A DNA stretch of 63,903 bases, filler included, from Platydemus manokwari (lineage: Eukaryota): assembly GCA_037951405.1 (NCBI GenBank). It is 6 parts of 6 records of this genome, joined end to end, with 100 filler letters (N's around TTAATTAATTAA, not from the genome) between each part and the next. Parts side by side here need not be neighbours in the genome. Positions count along the whole stretch, not along the records: positions 30,028 to 44,007 come from JBBMOY011558078.1; 5 more parts are not named here. One strand, 5' to 3'. The first letter of the stretch is position 1, and the number at the start of each line of letters is the position of its first letter. The notes beneath the pieces were generated by a model, which saw nothing but the letters and a program-made list of their open reading frames with translations, had not been told where the DNA came from and made no database searches. The position numbers and the translations under genes were made by a program. Shown piece by piece: positions 30,264 through 42,000 of this stretch.

Positions 30264-32545
30264 ATCGATATTTTGATTAGCTGAATTAGAAAAACTGTTA
30301 AAATAAAATTTTGAATGTTTTATTTGCTGGTTATAAATATAATTGTTGATTCATATGAGATTGTAAACATGGCAATTAATCAATAAATCGATTATGCAAA
30401 CATTAATCTATATTATTTGATATCAATTCGATAGCTATATAAGAAATTTCTAAAATATTATATTAATGATTTTTGAAAAATTTTATCACAGAAACAACGA
30501 AAAACAGAAAAACAAAACATATTATTAGTCAACAAAATGAACAAAAGCACCATCATTTCATTATTATAATTGCAATTGTTCTGATCGATAATAACACAGA
30601 CATGTATATTTATAATGAATCAATGTGTGGTCTTGATAAATTTGAATTTGCCACTTAAATTACTGTAAGCTTGAAAATTTTAAACATATTAAAAACATAA
30701 TTTGTGTTGGTATGCCAGAAATGTTTCAAATTCTGTATTGAACAATGGTATTCAACAGCATCGTAACAACAGTAATATACAGACGAAAAAGTAAAAAAAA
30801 AGCACAATTCATTTAATAGAATATCGCAATTGTATTCCAGAATCGGTATTCAATTGAAGATATGTTGAACAATGGAACTGAAATATTATTAATACAGCAT
30901 CGTTGAATGAGAAAATTCTATTGTAACGACGTTTTATTTAGTTTCGTATTTCAATATGGTAAGATCCCATATTGAAAGACAAGAATTTCGTGTTCTGATA
31001 TGATTGCTAGAAATGCTTAAAGATTATTTCATAATTTAAATAATCGTTAGAATATAGATATAAATCGATAAAATGTGAACAAATGAAATTTAATAAAATA
31101 TTTTATTAATAATTTATGATTTGTAAATATTTTAAGTTGAATTTATTTTAGTTTTCATGGTTAATGTTGTAATTTTAAATATATTCAGTGACTCACATAA
31201 GTGATCAAAATTGGTCAGTTTAATAATATTGTGTTCTGAAAAAAATTAAATATGCTGGGTTATCCATCAACGATTCAAATCTGAAAATTGTATTAACTAA
31301 AATATTGCACTCAAAGTCTCAACAACAACAACAAATCGTTTCAGAATTCACAAAATAAATCACCTGATATGAGATCAGCACTCGAGAGTCTAAAACAGAA
31401 TGAAAAGTAATCAATAAGACTGACTACTAAAATCACACAGAGATAAGTACAGCACTCAGGTTACCAACCAAAAAAGACTGGCAGATATCCATGGAACTCG
31501 ACATCTTTTATAGACCTATTGGATGTGTCTGCTTGATGTGAGAATCTTTGTTTTCCATTTGCTGAATTTGTTCGTCGATCGATTTACTTGACATTTTCCT
31601 GGCATCTCTTGTGCCATTAGTGGATATATGAGTAACGAATTTAATCAATTTGATGATTAAATTACAAAAAACCAAGAAATGATGTTTGGCCAATATACAA
31701 GAGGAAGGCTTAACAATTGTAATACTATTTATTTAATACAAAGTTGGTTAGATTTACCAATGAAAATAATCCAAACTTCATTATTTTGTTAAATTTAAAT
31801 AAAAGGGGCAAAGAAGTTTTTAATTAAAGGTAAATCAGCAATGGTATACAAAAAATAAATACATTGCTTTGGATAAAGATAATTATTAGAAATTTATTAT
31901 GATAATAATTGGAGTTTTTATTTGTGCTATCATTGTTATAACCCTCATTTATGACTTTGCATAATAAAATATGAGTAAAATTTAAGGCGATTTAAAATTT
32001 TGTACCATAATTTATAATTATAGTTACTTGTTTCATTAAATTTGTTTCTTAGATTGATAAAATCAATAGGCTGTCAGTATCGGAATTATAACGTAAATAA
32101 ATTCTGAATGCCATTTATAAATAATTTCTTTAAAATCAAATTGTCTTCAAAGTTTTTCAATAAATATCAGTTAATAGCGATTTTTATTATAAATATTTGT
32201 ATAAATATTCTGTTTGTTAAAACTAAAACTATAATGTAAAATAATGTCGACTGTGAAAATTACGCAAAAATTCTTAAAAAAAATATTATTATTAAAAAAA
32301 ATAAAATTACGATATACGTCAAACTAATACATTATTTTATAATTAAGATGTATATTTCGATTCATTTCTTTATTTAAATCATCACCATTAGTGTCTACCA
32401 TCTAATATTAACAAATAAGCGTGTATTGTAAAAGAATAAATTTAATAATTTTAATTGGCTAGTAATGGAGAACAAATTTATTTAATTAAAAATTATCATC
32501 TAGTTAATCAAAGTCATTTTTCATTTTATTTCAATCAAATCAAGA

Positions 32546-33499
32546 ATGTATTATTTGATGTTAGATTTGGAAATGTTTCTCATTAATTTATTATGTTTGA
32601 TATCACATATCAATGCTAACACTGGTAATATGTTTATGTTTCTATTTATAAAAAGACATGTTTAGTTAAATTGCTGTCAAGAAATAGACCAACATTTGCA
32701 GCCAATGTCTACTTTGAGCAAATACCACACTCATCCGACAAATGCGTTGATGGAAATTACGACGGACGATTTTTTCATGGTAAATATACTCTATATTTGA
32801 TAATATTATTCAAATCTTTTAGGCTCATGTTACCATAGTTATGATATTAAATTTCCTAAATGGTGGATGGTTGTGTTTGATCACATCTCAACCATTACAA
32901 GTGTTCAAATTTATAATAGAATGGACGGCTTCAGTTATTTATATAATAATATTATTTATTTATTATTTCATTATATATCAGCTTTTCGAACAAACCAGCT
33001 ATCATTTTTCGGCAGTTATAGTTATTATTCAGCATTTTCATTGAATTCTTCAAATTTTTATAAAGTCGGTTACTATAAGGGTCCAGCGACAACTGCAGTG
33101 ACAGAAAATATATTTGATAGATTTGTAGGGATTTTAGCTGATATATTTCTGATTGATTCGTCTTAGGTATCAAGAACACTGGTTATTTCAAAACCATTTG
33201 AACTTGAAACAATGAATTTCTGTGAGGTCGATGTATTTGGTTATGAATTTGTCAAATCAAATCCAATGATTTGTAAATTTAACAATTTGACTGTGTTATT
33301 TGATGACGTTCTTTTAGATCAATTAATTGGACCATCTAAAATATATGAAAATGTGACTCATTTCATGGAAGCAAAAGTTCAATCCGTTATTAAATGTGCA
33401 ATACTATGTTTGGAAACCTCAAAATGCGTTTCTTTTTCATTAATAATGAGTGAAAAATGTGCTCTTTACGATCACGCTGGTGGAGCTTATTTAGCATGA
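32546..33499 (+). CDS. Secreted F-type lectin (fucolectin/F5-8) domain plus C-terminal PAN/apple domain protein, 6 exons
   Basis: Exons 32546 (or 32573)-32624, 32666-32779, 32823-32933, 32982-33124, 33167-33239, 33318-33499. Hydrophobic N-terminus (MFLINLLCLISHINA). F-lectin motifs CVDGN, GSCYHS, KWWMVVF, V-x-I-x-NRMDGFTFR, MNFCEVDVF. PAN motif SVIKCAILCLETSKCVSFS...CALY. Confidence 0.85.
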
Positions 33500-33646
33500 A
33501 GCTTCAATGATACAAATGCTATTCGTTGTGTTTGTGCTGATTTGTCATTTTATAACAATGATTAAGTTTTACATCTTTATCTATCTGTGATGTACTTTTG
33601 TTTTTCATTTTATTTGTTCGCTTATGTTGTGTTAAACTTATTATTA

Positions 33647-34150
33647 TATCAACGCAATTAATTATTTTATTTATTTTATTCTGCTATATCCATGTATTTT
33701 TTGTTTTATTCTAATTTTATTTTAAATAAATTGTATTGTAGCCTTACAGAGATGATAATCTTAACAAAACCCGGGTGGTTACCATAATATCCATTTTTCA
33801 TTCAATATCAGATAATTTTCAATTTTGAAAACATGAAAAAATTTCTATTATTAATTCTGATAGAAAATTTAACAAGTTATTATGATAAAACTAAAATTCT
33901 TTTATCAACGCAATTAATTATTTTATTTATTTTATTCTGCTGTATCCATTTATTTTTTGTTTTATTCTAATTTTATTTTAAATAAATTGTATTGTAGCTT
34001 TTTGCCTTACAGAGATGATTATCTTATAGAAGCCTGGATGGTTATCATGATGATAATCTCCTTTTTATTTTCAATACCGAATAACTTTCATTATAGAAAA
34101 ATATGAAAAAATTTCTGTTATTAATTTTTGGTAAGATAAAACTAAAATTC
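33647..34150 (+). repeat. Tandem duplication of a ~256-bp unit (33647-33899, 33903-34150), with a third diverged partial copy near 34440-34547
   Basis: Near-identical first halves (tatcaacgcaattaattattttatttattttattctgct...aaataaattgtattgtagc...ccttacagagatga); both end gataaaactaaaattc. Confidence 0.9.
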
Positions 34151-34547
34151 GGTACGGTGCTGCAATAATATAAATTCTTTTCAATATTTACTGGTGAAAT
34201 TTTGTCATTTTCTAACAATTATTTTGTTTGGCATCATTATCTTTTAGCAATTTTGTTCGCATTTGTCAACAATTATGTCACCTGTGTTATTTCATCAACT
34301 TATTTAATTATTAGATTTATTTTAATGCGTATTTGTTTTTGTTAACTAGATTTCCACCTAAAATATATCTCATCCATCTACAAAAATGATGAGAATTTCA
34401 CATTGAACTCATATTAAAAAGATTTACAAAAGGAATTTATATTAATAATATAAATTATTAATTTTGTATTTTTATTTAATTTAGTTAAAATATTTTTCTG
34501 GCTTCGCCCCTTAGAGATGACTATCTTACATAAACCGATATGGTTAT

Positions 34548-34645
34548 AGTTAGATAAAAAATGCGATTTGTTTTAATATTAAATAACAAACGGTGTAATT
34601 TTGAAATAGAATAAAAAATTGATGCAAACGAGTTATCTTTTTACT
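34548..34645 (+). repeat. 5' LTR (98 bp, AGT...ACT) followed by an overlapping tRNA-Trp-like primer binding site
   Basis: 92/98 identical to 37135-37232; contains AATAAA. TGGTGACCACGTCGAAAT from 34645 matches the tRNA-Trp PBS TGGTGACCCCGACGTGAT at 14/18. Confidence 0.9.
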
Positions 34646-37134
34646 GGTGACCACGTCGAAATTAACGCTCCAAATCCAAGACGCTGAGAAATGGTTCCAA
34701 ACAACCAAAGATTTTACGACCTTTAATCAAATGGAACTGTTATTTGCATTCAACATGCTTTTGAGAGATGATGCCAAACAGCTGTGGCAAGAATTCAGCA
34801 GTTTCAAAGAAGCTGTTTCAAATGAAATTGAGATATGGTTGTTAGAAACATTTTCACACCCCAAAACAGTATGCGACAAGGCTCAAGATTTGGCAGCAAT
34901 GCAATAAAGACCAGATGAAAAATAAGGCAGTTTTGAACTTCGGGTAAAAAAGGTAAAAGTGTTTGACAAGAAAATAATCTTAAAGAAATTGCAAGGTCTA
35001 AATACCAAGAAATTGAAAGAGTCATTTACTCTCAACCCTGCAATTTCCGACGATAGAAGAACAGAGCTAGCTGTCAATTTAGAGAAGTTAACTCCGACGA
35101 AGCCCATAAATGCCATCAAAAAGACATATGATCAATCGGTATTTCAAAGTGATCCAAGAAAGACCTTTCAGAAGGAGATTCATTCAAAAAGCCTAGTCCA
35201 ATCGTGCAGGAAAGAGATTTTGGTGTAAAGGATTATCATTAAGCACCAGTTAATCGCATTGAATCTCAAAACAATTAGAGACCAGCAAGATCAATGAAAG
35301 CTATTGCCTCTAAATTTTACAACGATTGTAGAAGAAGACCCACGCCACAGGGTGAATATTTGAAACCAGGAGCTTGTTTTTACTGTGGTGAGTTGGGACA
35401 CCGGAAGTTTGAATGTCTACTGCGGAATAAATGTTTGATATGCGGTAAAGAAGGACATTTGTTTAGTGAATGTCATTTAGCCAGAATGCCTAGTAACAAT
35501 AGTCCGAGGAGAATATTGTGCATACATGATGAAGAAGTTGAAGCCGATATTCAAACTGAAAGTGAAGTAAGTGATTGTGTTAGCTCATTTCCCAAGGAAG
35601 ACAAAAAACTGGAATCAACAGGAAAGTTTTGGAAACCTTAAGGAACAATTATGCACAGCTCCGATTGTGGCCTTTCCGGATCCAAATAAAGAGATGATTT
35701 TATACACCGACGCTAGTTTCGGAGGGATTGGAGGCGTCCTAAGCCAGCTGGATGACAATGTAAAAGAGAGAGTAGTAGTCTATGGTTCTAGAACTCTTAA
35801 CAGTCATGAGAAAGGTTATTGCGTTACGATAAAAGAGCTTTTGGCAAATCACGAGTTCACTGTGCATTTTAAACATTATCTGTTGGGAAAGAAATTTGTG
35901 ACTCGCACTGATCACAAAGCCTTGACATACATGAAGAAAACAAACAAACCGATTAGCCCTAAGTTTCAAACATGGTTTGCACACTTATCTGGATTCAATT
36001 TCGAACTTCAATATCGAATGGATCAGATCATGGAAAATCGGATGGACTCTCAAGAATAGTCGAAGCATTTTGTTCACAATGCTTAACTCATCACCAGGGA
36101 GCTAAAGAAGGTAAACCAAAAACTCCGTTTATTAATGTTGTCGAGAATTCAATTGCAAATTATGACGAAGTAAGAAAGATTCAACAAGAAGATACTGTCG
36201 TTGGTTCCAAAATGGTTATGGAAAACAGAAGCAGAAGTGAATTCAGCGGTCAAGAAAAGCCAATATTTTAACAGTCTAGAGCAAAATGAATTATTTGAAG
36301 ATATGGTGGTTTATAATGAAAATGGAACGAAGTGAACTGTGGTTCCAGAGGTTTATTCACAGAAACTTAAGAGATACCTTCATGAAGAGTTGGGCCATAT
36401 TGGAAAAAAGAAATTGGTTGATTACATTCAAAAAATTTACTTCTGGCCAAATATGTGACAAAGTATCGATCATGAAGTCGGGAATAGTGATATTTGTGCT
36501 AAACGGAAGGGATACACTGGACGGACTAAATAGAATGATTCTCAAGGAATAGTTTGGTCCTCTCGAACAGATCGTTGTTGATGATGCGCACTTTGGGGAA
36601 TTTATGAGCAAAGCCAGATATTTGTTAGTTATTGTCGATAGATTCAATAAATTAGTAAGCTTGGTGCCACTTATTCGACAAGATGAAACAAGTGCTCCAA
36701 AATCAATGCTGATCGGGGTAGAGTCTTCAAAGGAAGGGGAATGAAAGAATTAGCAACACTATTTGGAATAAAACAAGAATTTATCTCCTTATACCAACAT
36801 CAGGCTAATGGCTTAGCCGAAAAGATGATTAGGACGGTCCGAGACATGACGGTAACAACGTTGGCATCAGAGAAACAGACTTGGGATAAATTAATAAAAT
36901 AAATTAATGAAATTCGATGCTGAGAAAAGAGGTTGTAGAAATTTCACAGTTGGAGAAGAGGTTTTAGTGAAGAAAGAACCACATAGTATCAAGAAGAACG
37001 GAGATCATTACGAAGGTCCACACAGAATTTGGAAATTTTTAAGTCCACATCAAGTTCTTCTTGATTTTTAGGGACAGCCAAAACCTCGACGAATTGAATG
37101 TGTAAAAAGGATCTCAAAAACAACGGAAGATGAA

Positions 37135-37232
37135 AGTTAGATTAAAAAAGAGATTTGTTTTAATATTAAAAAACAAACGGTGTAATTTTGAAATAGAATA
37201 AAATATTGATGCAAACGAGTTATCTTTTTATT
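37135..37232 (+). repeat. 3' LTR (98 bp, AGT...ATT)
   Basis: Direct repeat of 34548-34645, preceded by purine-rich ggaagatgaa and followed by TSD GTTAT. Confidence 0.9.
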
Positions 37233-37499
37233 GTTATCATACTTGTAATATCCAGCGATTTGATAATATGATATAACTTCTAGATTTGAAAATTACAACA
37301 AAGTTTTCTTTAATTAAGTTTTGAAATTCAATTAAAACTAATATTATATGCTTCTGTTAAAGTTTACCAGCATTAAATTTCAGCTTCGCTTTATATGATT
37401 ACATTAATCTTGTTTTCGAATTAATTCTTAAATTTTAAATATTCCCTTAAATCTAACGAAGTGAATGAAATCTTATTTAACATGTAATAATTACAGAAA

Positions 37500-39550
37500 T
37501 AGTTGGTGCTGGTTTAATCAGTTAGAAACAAATGCTTCGCCCTCCTTGTGAGTCCATTCGCAATTACATTATCCCTTTCGATATTGAAGTTTTGAAATTG
37601 ATAAGTTTACAAACCTTGGGAGCTAATCGTATTATTAGTTTTCTTCATGTATGTCACCATTTTTTTCCCAGTAGATAAAGTTTAAAATGCATTGTAAATT
37701 CGTGAATTGCTCAAAAGCACCTTCCTTGTAATGCAATAACCTTTCTGATGACTGTTCAGAGTTCTGGAAACAAAAGTTACTAACCTCTATTTTCCAGTTT
37801 CAACCAAATGACTTAGAACAGTGACAATTGCTCAGAAATTAGCGTCAGCATCTAAAATAATCTCATTGTTTGGATCTTAAAAGGTCAAAATATTGTTTTA
37901 TTAAGTTTCCAAGACTTTCCTCACATTCTTTAGTCCACTCCAATTTTATGTCACTTCCGGTCATCATCGCATATAACCGAGCCATAACTATTTCGTAGTC
38001 TAATAAATACTCTGTAATCACAGGAACGAACTCAATTGAGTTATGCAACGTAATTTATTGATTCCCAATCTTCTTGGTTTGTTGTTATTAGTTTCTATAT
38101 CTTTTGAATTTGTCCCCTGGAAATTCAATTTTCAAGTGCCAAAAGGATATTTTTCGGAATTGATTTTTATTTCTAATGATTTAATCATCCTGAGACCTCT
38201 TTGAGTTTCACACTGTGTTCCTCTAACGTTCTTTGATAAACTATAACATCGTCTAGATAAACAAGAATGCCCTTGCAAATCAAATCCTTGGAAATAGTAT
38301 TCCTTAGACTTTGAAACGTTGCTAGTGCGGTACATAATTCAAAAGGTAGTCTCTTAAAACAGAACTGTCCAGTTCTAGTGCTGAACATCGTTTACAAATT
38401 AGACTCTTTCTCAAGTTCGACGTGATAATATGCTTGACCTAAATCTATCATAACTAAACTGTCATGCCATAAGCCGAGTCAAATAATTGTTGGGTTTTGT
38501 ATGGTGTTTTTGTTGTTTATGAAAAATATATGAAAAATATAAATGAAAAATCTGCAATTGAGAAATTAACTCAAACAATTTGACTCAAACATTAATACTT
38601 ATTAAACAAATTGGTGAAGTTATCTCACTTAGGTAGTGAGAAGTTAACTATAAAGCTTATGAAATTGCTATAGATTTTACTATTATTACTCCAAAGGTAA
38701 ATCCTTTAGAGTTTTGGATAAAAATGTCATTTAGTTTACACAGAAAAAAATATGAGTAAGTATTATATCGCTATCTTTTTACTGCATTATCAAATTTGTT
38801 TTATCAAATAATTCGAGAGTGAATTATGATGGATATCCATCATGTTATACAGATGCTGAAATTAGGTACTTTGTACCTAGGATTTTAGATCACTTTTATC
38901 CATTTTTTTGAATTATCGGCACTGTTTTAGATTACGGGTCTAATCCTTGGTGACATCTGGCGTCCAAATCTACTCTCCAGTTTTTGTTACCCCGAGTTTC
39001 CGATTTTGGATTTAGTTTTATTGATGCGTCAAAACTTTTTTTGCGGGAGCCGTTGGTTTTTATTGTTATCCGGATTTTTGGTGTCTTATTGGCGGTGTGG
39101 ATGGCTTTTTGAACTGGGGTTCTTGAGTTGGTTGGAATTGTTGTTGAATCTTTGTTGGGTTTGTTGAATCTTTTCCTCGACTACCCTTTGCCTCCAATCA
39201 TCATAAGAGCTCTCTTCACTATTTGACTAGTGCACTAGTCGTTGTATGTTATCCCAATATAACGTTTGAATATCAGTTATCGAAAAATAAAATGTCCACG
39301 TCTGTTTGTTTTATTTGAGGTAGTCTTATCACATCCTGATAGATCAATCATGCTTAAGAACCACCACCAATGGAGTATTCCAAGGGCTTTATCAACACGT
39401 AAAGATTTCTGACTAAATGACATTCTCTGAACGAATGACCTTCTTTTCCACTCTTAAAGTATTTATTTTGCAGTGATATTCATACGTCCGGTGTCCAAGC
39501 TCATCACACCAAGAGCAAGCTCTTGGATTTAAATAATCATCACATGGTGT
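37500..39550 (-). mobile_element. Fragmented sister Ty3/gypsy copy in inverted orientation (gag knuckles, RT, RNase H)
   Basis: Minus strand: PRACSWCDELGHR...GKEGHSFRECHLVR (about 39540-39405); SPWNTPLVVVLK (about 39390-39355); IDLGQAYYHVEL and FKRLPF...ILVYLDDVIV (38460-38190); LDADANF...SRTLNSHQKGYCITRK and TYMKKTN (37860-37620). Interrupted by other sequence at about 38480-39330. Confidence 0.85.
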
Positions 39551-41499
39551 GGGTTAAACACTTTTTAATATTTTAACTACAACAAAAAGGCATTACTCAG
39601 TACCATCATAAAATATATGGGAAATTTATGTATTCGGACAGTTTTGCAGCATATATTTGGTTCATTTTTATAAATTTTTTATTCGCAGAAATATTAGATC
39701 CTTATCGATTAAGTAATGGAATTTTTATATATGGAATATTTAGGCACATCTCTGTTGAATATGAAACGTTTATTCAAAGAAAATAAATTGTAAATAAACG
39801 AAATATTTTCACAATTAACTTATAAAGCAATCACCATTATTTTATTAATATTGTGAGATGGAATAGACGAAAATTATTTTTAAATGAGTACAGGGAAATG
39901 GAAAAAACTCAATAAGTAGTAAAATAGAAATGTGAAAAAGAAAGTAAAATATGATAATAATTTTGAAAAAGGATTATTATTGTCAAAATTAAATTGTAAG
40001 TAGAAATAAGAAATAAAGAAAATATAAAATATTTATTTAAATATTATAATTTGTTCGAATGTTTCAAGAAATTAAAATAGGAGGTTTTTGATTAAAGTTA
40101 GAAGTTAGCAGTGCATGCTAACCAGAGAAAGGGAATTTTGCTGTGACCAAAGTTGTACGTTGTACATAAAGGCAATCAATAGTTGATTATTGTAATCATT
40201 TTGCAATCATTAGCAAAACATTACCAAAATGTTAGCAAATGAAAAAAGCAGCAGAAATTAGCAGCAGATATTAGCAGCCATTAGCAGAGTCGACAGTAGG
40301 ATATTATCAATTAGGTATATTATCAAACAGTAAGTTATTCAAGAGTATACAGGTTATTGAAATTTGTTATTAATCTTCAAATTTACAGCTTAATATTCGA
40401 GGAAATTGTTTCCCAAATATTTGTAGAAAATGTTAAACATAAATTGTAGGATATTCGATTTCGTTATTACCGAATATTTTTTTTAACATAAAGTAGACTA
40501 GCAGAATTAAAACTATGTAAAATGAAAATTATTATTTGTTTTGCATTTGAGAATGCTAATTGCTCATTTAAATGTATAGACTAGCTTGAAAAGATGAAAT
40601 TGAAGAATTGGAATTTAATTTATAAACCAATATATTCAGGCAGCATGTTGTTCTTACCCCATGTAAAGAATTGCTCAATTTTGATATCTTCATATAAACA
40701 GAAAAAAATACAGAAAATATGTTTAGCCAGTAGGATATAAATTCGTAATGATTGGAAATCAAAACTTCAATGCCGAGAAATCTAATTTTGAAAAATGATA
40801 TGCATAAAATAAACTTTATTTTTTTTTAAAAGAATTTAATTGTTAATACAAAAAATGTGCAATGTGAGTTTTACAAAAATTATGAAATATAAAAAAATTA
40901 TTAGGAAAAATTATCACATAAACTGACAATGCTGTAACCAAAACAGTTCTTCGAGCCAGAGAGCTAAACAATTATAAATGAATGAGTGCATGTCTATAAA
41001 AAGGATTATATATTACAAAAATATTTAGATGGCTTTTAACACAAAAGAAAAAAGAATATAATAAAATATAGAAATATTAATAGGGTCGTCACGACAAATG
41101 GTAGAACGAATTGTAGTAAATATTGAAATTATTGAGATAACATGAAAAATAATGCAGGACGTTGTATTTTTAATGGGTGACATCTCATTTAAATGTTGGC
41201 TGACGTTGCTAGATTACAAAATCAGCCAAAAGGGTCACAGGAACCGAGAAAATAACGCTAAAAGTTTGAAAGAAAATGAGATTTCTTGGCATCTGTAACT
41301 ACATCATGTTACACCTAGAACGGAACCAAATATCTATTTTCGGCTTCTAGCATAGGCGCTACTACGTTTGTACATTACATACATAATATATCAAATATTC
41401 AAAGTAATCTGAACTATTAACCTTGATATGATAAAATAATTACTGCTTCATTTCTCAATTTTTCTAAAATCTTTCTTCTAAAAGTCTTTACGTTTGTAC

Positions 41500-42000
41500 A
41501 CCGAGGATCTTTAAAGTTTCACATTTCCACTCCCGATTTCATCAAACTGATCTCGATAGAAAGCAAACTTGAACCTTTTTCCCACATTTAAATACACAAC
41601 TAAAAAATGCTTCCTTGCTATAATTTCGGTAAAATTTATCTATTCGTGCAAGCATCATTTTTATATTTTCATTATTTTTTCTTTTTCCGGCAGAACGCCA
41701 TAAATCATAGTGTAAACATTATCAACTAAAACATTATCAAAGAACTTATACAAAGCATCTCCTCCAACGATCTGACTTCTTATATCTGACACTCTTGATA
41801 AAGAATTTAACTTTACTTTAATCGAATCTCCTACCCAATTTTCAACAAAAATTTCAAAATCTTTTCCTTTATAAGTTACTGCTATAAAATATAACCTTTC
41901 TGTCATTATCTTCAAAAATCCTGAATAAATTGTCCTATTTCTCAATAATTGAACAATATACCATTTCATTTCCACCAAACTAAAAAGTGTTTAATGCTAC
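41500..42000 (-). mobile_element. Possible decayed retroelement ORF1/gag fragment
   Basis: 105-aa ORF followed by a degenerate knuckle-like FKCGKK; no intact motif. Confidence 0.2.

Larger units (their letters stand above)
34548..37232 (+). mobile_element. Ty3/gypsy LTR retrotransposon, defective (protease and RT core missing), 2685 bp
   Basis: 98-bp LTRs, GTTAT 5-bp TSD and PBS TGGTGACC. gag with two CCHC knuckles (CFYCGELGHRKFEC, CLICGKEGHLFSEC); RNase H (LYTDASFGGIGGVLSQ...TDHKAL); integrase (LHEELGHIG, VIVDRF, QANGLAE, YEGPH). Multiple stops and frameshifts. Confidence 0.95.

Noticed and set aside
33164-33166. Stop-codon readthrough at the in-frame TAG between two lectin ORFs
   Set aside because: Better explained as the AG acceptor of a 42-nt GT-AG intron (33125-33166).
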